64,000 nucleotides of DNA. It comes from Lingula anatina. Lineage: Eukaryota; Animalia; Brachiopoda. Shown here in pieces: positions 1 through 11,060 of the stretch. The stretch is from the NCBI GenBank assembly GCA_051362555.1, contig CM120641.1, positions 47,064,401-47,128,400 of the forward strand, read 5' to 3'. The translations under genes and the position numbers were made by a program. Position 1 is the first letter of the stretch, and the number at the start of each line of letters is the position of its first letter. The notes under the pieces were generated by a model. The model did not search any database. It saw only the letters and a program-made list of their open reading frames with translations, and was not told where the DNA came from.

Positions 1-90
1 ATAATCGAATGAATTACAATTGAGGCGAGGAGAAAATGGTAAACGCAAGGATATTTTATGTTCCACAAATGGCTTAGGCTAATATACAGT

Positions 91-145
91 ATATTATATT
101 ATATTATATTATATTATATTATATTATATTATATTATATTATATT
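91..145. repeat. (ATATT)n microsatellite
   Basis: Direct read of tandem atatt units. Confidence 0.95.
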
Positions 146-1132
146 TGTGAAAGCAAAAGGTTGAGGTGAGAGTTTCAGCCTTTTAAGTGAACTCATTTAG
201 AGTAACTCACTGTTTAAGTTTCAAATGAATGCCAATGAACTCCTATCCAAAAGTCTTTGTTCAGCTGCTGTATTGTATTGCATTCTCGTCCAAACAGGTA
301 AACAGCGCAGTCATTTTCTTACCCTTCGGCATTTACGAACTTTAAAAAAGAGTGTGAACTTAAAACATGTTGAATAGCGGACTGCTTCTTTGTTGACCCG
401 ATACGCTATGAGCTATGTGCACTAACTCCCGTGGAGTATGTGGAATTAAAATTCATATTTCAAGCTTTTAATTTCAGTATTTGTCATGATTAAACATATA
501 TGCGGTATTAACATGTAGAATGTTGCACTTTCGGTTAAAATTAAAGTATAGCTACACCAAACGTAGGCCTACAATAAGAGCACAGTTTTCTACTCAGAAT
601 TACGAAACTGTTCCCATATGCGTACCACATCGCTATTGTTGTACATTATAGGCTATACTGTAATATCATAGAAGACTGTATTAAAATATTAAATGTCAAA
701 CACACACACAAACAAAATTTGACAGAGGGAAGACAAACTTTATTAGAGAGCCTAAATATAAATTACTGATTCACAAAAAGTTTTGATAAATCCCAAATTA
801 CAATGTTTAAATACAGTCTGACAAAATTTCAATAAAAATTCAGATTGAAAAAATAATTTGAGATAACTGCAAAAGAATAATAAGTGGTGTGATTTAAAAT
901 TTGAAAATAGTGGGGGCATAAAAGGCTTTATCATATCAAAATATACAAGACTTAATTGTAAACTACAGTGTAGAAATCTTAAAAAATGGAATAAATAGTC
1001 TGTGACGTCGCATAAAGTTTTTTTTTTTTTTTGAAGCAACAGTAAATGTTTTTATCTAAAAATTGCTACAAGTTAAACATAAATATATCAAAAATAATCT
1101 CTATGGCATTCAAGTAAAATATTGTTTCTGTG

Positions 1133-1310
1133 AGACCCCATTCCAACGCTGCGGGGACTCTCACTGAGGGCGTTTCCAACACACTCCTATAATTACCAGC
1201 TTTTTTTTGTATTCTACTTAAAGCCAGTAGGAGGCGTGTTAACCTCTTAATCTGTTAATCTGATTGCATTCACCCGGAGTCCCCGCGGAGTTGGATCGAT
1301 CTACGCTGAA
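1133..1310. mobile_element. Palindromic MITE, family A (CCCATTCC termini, GGGGACTCTC/GAGTCCCC core), degenerate copy
   Basis: gcggggactc...gagtccccgc inverted repeat. The internal sequence aligns by eye with the copy at 26086-26292. Confidence 0.65.
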
Positions 1311-1774
1311 GTGCAGTCATTGATACCAGTTAAATTTTCAGACCCCCCCCCCCACTTGATCTCCTAATTTGAGCACATACAAAAGTTCATTACCCCCTAG
1401 CTTCTCGAGGGAGCGTGCCAGACAATTAAGTTGATTACATTGACTGCACTTATGCGAGAATCCCCGCAGAGATAGATCGATCCTCCTGGTACGATGACTT
1501 TATTCTGAACGTTCCCGGTGAGAATGGGGCCTCGGACACAGCAATACGATAAGAAGGGAAGTTTGATTATCATTAAACCACAAATTGATAAAGTTTGAAA
1601 GGCATAGGCAATCCATAAACGATGCACGTTATAATTGTAAATGACAAAGAATGACAAACGTAAAAACAGTCCAAGTGGTGGAACATCTGAACAGAATAAA
1701 ATACACAGATTAACACTGCACAACACAACGAGAATACAACATAAAGACAATCAAACGATTACAGCGCCCTCTAT

Positions 1775-4700
1775 TTACACGAGATGGATCTCATCAGTTG
1801 GCTCAGGGGTGATACGAATATTTTCCACGGGGGATCTGGTCCTGCTGGTGAATTGCGGGAAGTTGAATGCAGGTGGCAACGAGCCGTTGGACATTTCGGA
1901 CGCAGGCCTGGAAGGTGGGAAAGAGGTTTGGGAACCCGGCCTGTACATGGGCGCTTTCCCTGATACCCAACTGTCCTTGATAGGGTCGACCTTGTTCCCT
2001 GCCCGGTCCTGGCACCAGCTGTCTCTTTCTTTTGCCTTTTCATTTTCATCGTCTGAGTCTTGCTCTTCTTCTTCGTCGTAGTCCTCCGTGGCTCTGCGGC
2101 GCTTTCGCTTTGCCAAAAAGAAGATCAGGAAACACGCCAGAAGAGCTGAAATGAATAAATGAAATATATATTCATAAATCCTTATCACTGAAAATGTTCG
2201 TCCATCCAAAAAAGTCTTAAATTTGAACTTCACAAAATTATTTTCAGCCTTAAAAACGTTCATGTTTTTAATGGGGAATATTTTATTAGCCAATAGAATC
2301 TTCGCAACCATTAAACCAATGGTTGACATTATTGTCCATAAACGTAACGTATATCTGTATTCAAGTCACTGAAACATCCAAATATTGGACACCTAGGTTG
2401 CTTTTTTATTCAAAATGTAAATATATTGAAGACAATTATGTACAAAACTGCGCTTAACTTTTTTTCTCTTTTTCAATTGAAAAATCCATAATTTTCATAA
2501 TAATCTTCACTTTTATAAAACGTCTCCATAGGCTGTTTGAGGTTAAGCGTCGTTGGATTACATACTTTTACTTCACAATCAATGCGAGCGTGCCCATTCC
2601 TCATTCTTTGCAAACAAAAATCTTAATTAATAAATGAATTGGAGCTAAAGAAAATAATTGAATCGAGATATCTTACCAAGTAATGCAATGACACCTACTC
2701 CGGTTCCAACGCTCACACCAATTACCTCCTCTTCGGAAAGATCTGACCCACCTCCGTTGGCACTGCCCCCGGCTAACTGTGCCTGAAGCATTGCTAGTTG
2801 CTGTGGAGACATGGTGCTGCCCTCTGTCGTTTGCTCTGTGGTCGAGTCGGCGTTACTGCCGCCATCGTTGCTAGTGGCACTAGCGTCATTGCCGCCACTA
2901 TTACTAGTGGCACTTGTGTCACTGCCGCCATCGTTGCTAGTGGCACTTGAGTCACTGCCGCCATCGTTGCTAGTGGCACTTGAGTCACTGCCGCCATCGT
3001 TGCTAGTGGCACTTGCGTCACTGCTGCCATCGTTGCTAGAGGAACTTGCGTTACTGCCGCCTGCGTTACTGCTGGAATCTCCGTTTCTGTTAATGATACC
3101 TGTGCTACTGCCGCCTGCGTTATTGGAGGAACTTGCATTACTGCCCCCTGCGTTGCTGTTAGCAACTGCACCTCCATTACTGGAAGAGCCTGCGTTACTG
3201 TCTCCTGCATTGCTGGAAGAACCTGCGTTACTGCCGTCTGCATTGCTGGAAGAACCTGCGTTACTGTCTCCTGCATTGCTGGAAGAACCTGCGTTACTGT
3301 CTCCTGCATTGCTGGAAGAACCTGCGTTACTGCTGCCTGCATTGCTGGAAGAACCTGCGTTACTGTCTCCTGCATTGCTGGAAGAACCTGCGTTACTGTC
3401 TCCTGCATTGCTGGAAGAACCTGCGTTACTGTCTCCTGCATTGCTGGAAGAACCTGCGTTACTGTCTCCTGCATTGCTGGAAGAACCTGCGTGACTGTCT
3501 CCTGCATTGCTGGAAGAACCTGCGTTACTGTCTCCTGCATTGCTGGAAGAACCTGCGTTACTGTCTCCTGCATTGCTGGAAGAACCTGCGTTACTGTCTC
3601 CTGCATTGCTGGAAGAACCTGCGTTACTGCTGCCTGCATTGCTGGAAGAACCTGCGTTACTATCTCCTGCATTGCTGGAAGAACCTGCGTTACTGCTGCC
3701 TGCATTGCTGGAAGAACCTGCGTTACTGGCTCCTGCATTGCTGGAAGAACCTGCGTTACTGGAAGAACCTGCGTTACTATCTCCTGCATTGCTGGAAGAA
3801 CCTGCGTTAATGCTGCCTGCATTGCTGGAAGAACCTGCGTTACTGCCGTCTGCATTGCTGGAGGAACTTGCATTAACGCCGCCTGCATTACTGGAAGAAC
3901 CTGCGTTACTGTCTCCTGCATTGCTGGAAGAACCAGCGTTACTGATAGTAGATGTGGTTGCAGGCGTAGTGGCGGTTGAAGTGGTTGATGTAGGCGTAGT
4001 GGTGGTTGTTGAGGGTGTATTAGTTGTTGTAGGTACAGTAGTTGTAGGTGCAGTGGTGGTTGTAGGTGTAGTGGTGGTTGTTGTACGTGTAGTGGTGGTT
4101 GTGGTTGTAGTGGTGGTAGTTGTAGGTGCAGTGGTTGTAGTAGGCATAGTGGTGGTTGTAGGCACAGCAGTTGTAGGTGCAGTAGTGGTTGTAGGCGTAG
4201 TGGTTGTAGTAGGTGCAGTGGTGGTTGTTGTAGGTGTAGTGGTGGTTGTAGTGGTGGTGGTTGTAGGTGCAGTGGTTGTAGTAGGCGTAGTGGTGGTTGT
4301 AGGTGCAGTGGTTGTAGTAGGTGCAGTGGTGGTTGTCGGTGTAGTGGTGGTTGTTGTAGGTGTAGTGGTGGCTGTTGTAGGTGCAGTGGTTGTTGTAGGT
4401 GTAGTGGTGGTGGTTGTAGGTGTAGTGGTTGTAGGTGTAGTGGTAGTGGTTGTAGGTGTAGTGGTTGTCGTAGGTGTAGTGGTGGTGGTTGTAGGTGTAG
4501 TGGTTGTTGTAGGTGTAGTGGTGGTGGTTGTAGGTGTAGTGGTTGTAGGTGTAGTGGTAGTGGTTGTTGTTGTAGGTGTAGTGGTGGTGGTTGTAGGTGT
4601 AGTGGTTGTTGTAGGTGTAGTGGTGGTGGTTGTAGGTGTAGTGGTGGTGGTGGTGGTTGTAGAGGTAGCTCCAGTGTCAGCTGCAAGGGATGCACAATTC

Positions 4701-5877
4701 GAGGTGGTCAAATCATCACAAGCATATGCAACTCGAGTTTTCGGATAGCCATCAGCTTGACAAGCGCTGGTGGCATCGACGTCACATTTCTTTGAGACTC
4801 CATCGCAGTTATTCATTCCAAACGCAAGTAGATTTGGCATCACTGCGCTCTGTGTTGAGCATTGGTTGTCATCGTGATCGCAGAAGCGGGTAAAACGTAC
4901 TATTGTGGACGGGTTTCCACAGTTCAGGACGAGATGGTTGGAGTTCCCGTTGGTGTTTGTGGTGCAGATGAACGCCCGCTTTTTCACTGTATAAAAGAAA
5001 TGATAAGGCTTCTATAAGAACCGAAAATAAGAAAAGTTAATTTATCCCTGGAATTATAAGTGTTTTGATTTTCGATTTTGTATCAATTATGTTTGAAAGG
5101 ATAACAACTCTTCACTTTGGCGAGGAAAGTGCCATAAGTTTGAACAAGTTCTAAAGTGAGGAGTATGGCAAGGTACTTACACAGAAAAAAGGTAGTTTTT
5201 TATTAGACAAACATGCCAATATTTACATATGATATGGTTATATCCGTTCATATACAAGTGAAATTTTACATATGACCCAAAAATTAATAATAATTGGTTT
5301 TTACAAATAGTCCATACTTTTACAGCCTGGTGCTAGATCTTCTTCTACTTCCACTGTGGCAGCCGTGGTCGTGGAATCGCCACCATTCCCATTGCCATTA
5401 CCATTCCCATTGCCATTGCCATTGCCACCTTTGGTAAACAAAAAAAAAAAAGAGAAACTGAGCAGTTGTATTTCAGATAAATAGATCCAGAAGATCAGTA
5501 TACTGGCACTGCTTGTATTTATTAAGAATAATCACAGTTTCGTCGACCATCAATGCAAAAATGATAAGATAGATGAAATGAAGACTGAATAAAGATATAA
5601 TAAGTAAATTTTATGGTTCTCAGCGCCCAGCTAACGACAGTTGCCTCAGCATGCACTAAGAAAAACGCTGAAAATGTAAAAACGTTGCAAAAATATTTTC
5701 ACTAAACAATGTATTAATTAATTTTAGAATTTTACAGATCTTACAATGATTTGGAAATTTTTAAGTTTGCAATATATGTATATATAATTCAAAGTTTCTC
5801 TATTTAATTTTGAGTTATCAACTTTGTATTCTGAATTCTTACTATAAAACCATTCGTTTATCAAATTTACACATCGC

Positions 5878-5930
<53 letters not shown>

Positions 5931-7939
5931 AATAGATGTCAAACATCATAAATCACAAACATTATAATGTTATTGTTTTGATTAGATAAGCTAAGAACTG
6001 TTGAGCTTAACACAAAATGTCGTAGATGATCGTCGAGGCGTTGTTGAGACGGTGTTCCTGAGACAAATGTGGCGGTCAAATTCAATATCTAATTGAACAG
6101 TTTCATAGAGAATGAGAGTTCAATAAAGTTCAGCTGCTCACTATTTACTTGGCCTAAAGCGTAGTTCATAACCCTAACCCAAGCGAATGACCGATTCCAT
6201 TACACTGTCGCAATGTCGCATTGTTTGTTCATCTGTTTGCACTGGTAAGGTATGTAAGCTACATTGTGCAAAAATAAATAGACGGATTTTGATTAAATTA
6301 TCAGAAACTCTCGGGAGTGGACCAAGTACACAATAATTATTAGATTTTTGGTTTGATCCAAAAATAAATTAATCGTAAGTTGATTATTTGTCTGTTAGAA
6401 AAATTATGCATGATTAGATTTTGATCCATTTATTAATTGATTAATTAGTGACAATTAGAATTGAGCAGATAAGCAGAAATCCGTGTTTTCGTAGTGCTCT
6501 TTAATAATTATTTTAAATTGAAAACAAAATATAATCACAGGTTTACAGACCTTCGTTACATATCCCTCATATCTCTTATTCATCATTAGGATAGAACTTG
6601 TGCCACACTGCATATTGTTTAGGGACAACGTACTACATTTACATTTTGTGTGCCCCATGCGAGATATAAAACCACACTATATCTAGAAGTTAGGGGCCCC
6701 AAAACAAACCACAATAAAAGTACAAGTCGTACTATAAATAATATACCTAAGGGTATATTTATAACAGAGTATATTGTTATGTCACAGTGTTATGTCTATA
6801 CGCGCGTGTCTATTCGGTTTATTAGCGTATTGGTTTGACTAGGCTACCCGTGTCCACTGAATACTTCTTCGGTCGAAAAGCGAAGGGTGTAGAATATTTG
6901 TCTTTTGTTGGGTAATGTGACTCGCATATCAAGGTATGCTTGGTCTCAGATCAGGGCTCATCTGCTTTCCTCTTAAACAAACGACCCAGGGACAGGGAGC
7001 CGTTTTTGGCTGGTTGGAGAAAGAAATTGAAACCCGTTGTCTATGAAGGTATTTCTTCATCAGAGACGAGAATTAATTAGTTAGACCGCTGGCAGACGCG
7101 CAATGTCAAACAACTTCTAAATATACTAGGAAGGCAGTTTTCTTGTCTGAATAAATCGTTTCTATTCGAAGAGGACTTTGAAACGTGACCGCGTGCGTCA
7201 GTATTCGGCGCGCATGTGTATGGATGTGTTAAAAAGGCACAGGACTAGTATAGAGGTCTCTTGGTGGAATTTTACAGTACCTCCAAATGAATATACAGAA
7301 ATATACAGGGACATTAAATAATCTTTACTCAGGCTTCATCATCTCCACTTCTGGTGATTCTAACCATACTAATAGTGTTTATGTTCTTTTACCAGATCAG
7401 CCATGAATTCTGTAAAGATCGGTAGTTTTAACTAATTAGTTTTAAAAATTTGCAAATCATTATATGTTCAGACCCAAAAAAGGTACGGGGCATATTTATT
7501 AAATGCAGAGAAATACGATGATACTTTCTCAGTGGCAAGTCATGGCAACAAGAACCAGGAAAGTAGGCGGAAAAAATAAATGATAAGGAAATGCTAAATT
7601 TATCTATATGAAGATTATTAAACTATGTTTTATGAAAATGTCAGAAAATGGAATATTCTATATAAATGATACCATTTATAGCAATAATTGATTTATGTCA
7701 TAAGAATGAATTATTGAAAAATGCAATGTCAATTTCGCACTGAGCATCATGAAAGTTATTCCAGAACACTCCGCGAAAATTTTACTTTTATGTTTCGGAC
7801 CGGACTCTTGGTTCCTCGAACCAAAAATCGAAATAAAACTAATCAACTCAACACGACACCCTCATTTGATATTTCTCTTACCTTCAGCGCTTTGGACAGC
7901 CAAAATCACCGTTAAGAAGAAGATATAAACGATCTTCAT
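1775..7939 (-). CDS. Type I transmembrane mucin-like protein: signal peptide, (GN)n, divergent SUEL-lectin-like Cys domain, Thr/Pro stalk, SNAGDSNAGSS repeat, TM helix, acidic cytoplasmic tail
   Basis: Four exons joined by GT-AG introns, all phase 1. Exon 7939-7882 starts at gccATG and encodes MKIVYIFFLTVILAVQSAE (signal-peptide-like). Exon 5428-5318 encodes GGNGNGNGNGNGNGG...APGCK. Exon 4986-2677 covers the Cys domain, the repeats and the start of the TM (VIGVSVGTGVGVIALL). Exon 2145-1775 encodes ALLACFLIFFLA, the stop-transfer KRKRRR, EDYDEEEE and ends EIHLV*. Confidence 0.85.
2850..3943 (-). repeat. Coding 33-bp tandem repeat (11 aa, SNAGDSNAGSS; distal variant SNDGGSDSSAT)
   Basis: Near-identical units cctgcgttactgtctcctgcattgctggaagaa from about 3190 to 3940, with a related variant array at about 2850-3050. 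Confidence 0.95.
3960..4662 (-). repeat. Coding low-complexity Thr/Pro repeat (TTTTP)n, mucin-like O-glycosylation stalk
   Basis: Repeated gtaggtgtagtggtggtt-type units on the + strand, translating on the minus strand to PTTTTT/APTTTT. Confidence 0.9.
5878..5928. repeat. (TTA)n microsatellite
   Basis: Direct read. It produces the spurious poly-Asn ORF 5724-5942. Confidence 0.95.
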
Positions 7940-8750
7940 GGCGGTCTAATGTTCTGCCAGCACTCTCAAGTGGTGAACTTTTTTTTCATGCCATCAAGTT
8001 TTTGTGGATAACTCCACTGTCACAGAAGCGAAATGAGAGATCATGGTCTGTGACAAAGGTTATTCTACGTTTCACGTGATTTTAGGGAGAAGGGGACGGA
8101 AGTTGTCGATTCAATCAGATCTTGTATTGAAAAAATCTGAAAAAATTATCTTTAAAGTTTTAAAGTTTAAAAAGAAAAGTTGTTTGTGTAAATTGAAAAA
8201 AATCTTTTAATGTTGTTGTTATTGTCGTTGTTGCTGTCGTTTTTTTTCTGCTCATGGTCAGATATGACTTTTCTCACCCCCTCCCCCCACTTTTAGGGGA
8301 TCACCCATGGGGTGGACAATGATGGGTATCCAAAAACTGAGTCTGGGGCGAATTGCCAAGCGTAAATTGTGTAAAGAGAGACGGCTGCACTCTGCACACA
8401 GTATTTTCAAAACTTTGTAAATAAATCGTCTAGTCCGGATATTCAACAGGATGTTTAACCTCTGCGAAAGTGTAACTTAAATTGAAGGCGAATTGAATAA
8501 AACGAGCAGTTTGGACTGAAATGCTTGTGTTTCTTTGTCATTGTGTTTTTATTCATTTGAATCATTGGTAATTATTTTTCGAAAAAAGTTTTTTGGGTAT
8601 GTTTCTTTTAGCTTAGGGTTTTCGAACCTTTGAATTGGAGTAAAAATGTTAAACAACAATCTTGCAATTACTAAACAGAAGCGAAAATTGAAACCCAGGC
8701 GCACACAAACGACACTTCACCTTTAAGAAATATCGCTTGGGAGGTGTTAA

Positions 8751-9070
8751 GAGAACAGGAAAAGGGCATCATCTTTGACGTCATGAAGGAAAAAGGAATG
8801 AATAAACATGCGTCAAATTATTTTATTAAAAAACAAATGATAAACGTAGTATTATGCCATTCTATGATCTTTTTTCTGTTGTTAATTTTGAGGTCTATTC
8901 TATATAATTTTACTCTTGTGGAACAGGAAAAGGACATCATCTTTGACGTTATGGGGGGAAAATGGATTGATGAACATGTGTTAAATTATTTTATCAAAAC
9001 AAATGATAAAGGTAGTATTATGCCAGTATATGATCTTTATCATCTGTTGTTTCTATTCTATATTAATTTG
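8751..9070. repeat. Diverged tandem duplication of about 170 bp upstream of the mucin-like gene
   Basis: gaacaggaaaagg(g/a)catcatctttgacgt...aattatttt...acaaatgataaa.gtagtattatgcca occurs at about 8752 and again at about 8921. Confidence 0.85.
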
Positions 9071-11060
9071 TTCCTGTGGTTTATTTGTGACGCTCGAGAA
9101 GTCTTAATATTACGAATAATGTCATGTAAGATAGGGATTGAAAAGATTTTTTTCAACTTCAGACAAGTTACATTTTATGGGTCAAAGTACAAAGCAGAGT
9201 ATAGTCAAGTGGTTTTAACACATATATGTTCATTAATGTGAAAATATAGTTTGATAAAAGTCTTTATTATGGAGAGCATTCTCGTCTCAAGCATGGTGTA
9301 TTCACATGTAGCATCGACATACATGTACCCAAGACTTGGCAAACAACATTTTCAGTTCAGTTCAGAGTTGCTAAATTGTTCGCGTAATTTCGATGTCGTA
9401 CCGATATGAACAAGCTAATGCTTTTCTCAGCGTGTCACGGCGATGTTCCGTTATTGTGGCGTATTTGCCGGCCTAAGGCGCAAGACAAACTGCCCGCAAT
9501 AGTCAATTTCCGATTTTTACAAATGATGTCAATTACCCAATATTTGCTTTTGATCACAATTAAGTTAATGTTTGTCCGCAGTGCTGCAGGGTAATTAATA
9601 CACAACAGGGATCAAGGACGGAAAATCTGGTCCACTTATAATGGGCGGTCAGTGCCATTCTTCCCCGGCCTTCAATTATGCAGCCAGTACATATCTTTCA
9701 GGAGAATAAAATTAAAAGTCTAATCTTGAAAACGCGTTATGAAATGGCGTTATAAATATCTGAGATAGGTGACATCGACATGAGGTATGGATTCTTTGAT
9801 CTCATTGATGTGATTCATACAAGTCGCCTTTAGTGCGATTTTATAGGCCTACCTATTAGCCAAAATCAGGCTAAAAAAACTTTATATAAATCTGGTTGTT
9901 ATATGATATATTATCTAAAGATGTTTTCGGGCATTTTCTCATTTTTTCTCGTGGTTTAAGGGTGATTCAAATGTTATTTTTCTGTACATGTATCTTGATG
10001 TTCTCTTCTACCTGGTTTTGTATCAGTAAAACAATCCAGCAAATAGGAGCTGTGCTTGAGTACTATAGAAAGGTGCAACCGATTTTTTTAAAGAACATTC
10101 CGTTAGTTCTAAAAAATGGCATCTTACCACGGTGACAGCCCTACCTGTTAACAACATGTTGATCAGCATAGATTTTATATTATTTGTCAGGTTTTTGTAA
10201 CATAAAAAGGAAAAGAAAGAAGAACTCAAATGAGATGATTTACTCCCTAGAGGTGCAAATGAGGTTACAGGTATAATATTTAGTAGAATGATTACAAACT
10301 GTTTGATTATTTTAGGGTCCCACATGAAGAAGTTGGTATCAAAGTTTCACTCTCCCGGAACCATGAATAATAATAATAAAAATATAGTCTAACCCCAAAA
10401 GGGAATAAAAGTTATTGTCACAAATGCAATAGCCGTGGAAACGTTTTACTCACTTTGAAAATTTAGTCATCACTGGTTTTGTTCTTTAATTTATCGCCTA
10501 TAAGTATAATGTTGTAAAGAATTATGATAATCCTCAGCATAGAGCAAACAATTTTTGAGTGACTTTAATTGGCTTGTCACTGAATATTATAAAAGGGGGG
10601 GAATACTGGAAGTAAAATAAATTAAATAAACTATTTTCCATTAGCAATCCAAGTATTATATCTGAAATGTCAAACTGTCATGGAATCACAATATATTTTT
10701 CAGTCAGCAACAGAAAACCCTGTTTCCTATTGCATCAAGTATTTCGGCAAGATGAAACTTTTTGACAATTTTTCTAGGGCACATACATGTACATTATTTA
10801 GAATTAGCCATGACGCAAAGCCCCTTGAGTTGCAGTTTTAATATTCATAAGAACATCAATACATTATATATAATTTACCATGACTGAATCACTGCAAAAC
10901 GCGATGTAAAAATCAAAATTGTATAACCCCAGAACAAACTTTACCGAAACATACACTACCATTTAGGGTTCTTAAATAATGTATAGACATGGTAAATATT
11001 AAATATAGATACAAATTTGAGACAGCCGTGGGTTTTTGTTTTATACACATAGGCCTATAT

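Noticed and set aside
1775-1790. C-terminal IHLV as a PDZ-binding motif
   Set aside because: The -2 residue is His, which does not fit the classical class I, II or III consensus.
3190-3940. 33-bp repeat array as a CRISPR-like locus
   Set aside because: The units are head-to-tail with no unique spacers, lie inside a eukaryotic exon, and there are no cas genes.
2794-4748. Long alternative-frame and antisense ORFs (633 aa -, 413 aa +, 227 aa +, 162 aa +)
   Set aside because: These are shadows of the 3n-periodic coding repeats. Only the Thr/Ser frame joins the signal-peptide and TM exons with proper splice sites.
7328-7409. Possible micro-exons in intron 1 of the mucin-like gene
   Set aside because: The AG/GT-bounded segments (7409-7393 and 7359-7329) break the phase-1 register needed to join exon 5428, and they are too close together to be separate exons.
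8744-9241. 165-aa ORF with an internal repeat
   Set aside because: It is a by-product of the 170-bp tandem duplication, with a GTG start, AT-rich composition and no recognisable domain.
9845-11050. Possible older transposon hosting the 7-bp-TSD element
   Set aside because: The texture is TE-like, but I found no matching termini, TSD or coding remnant.
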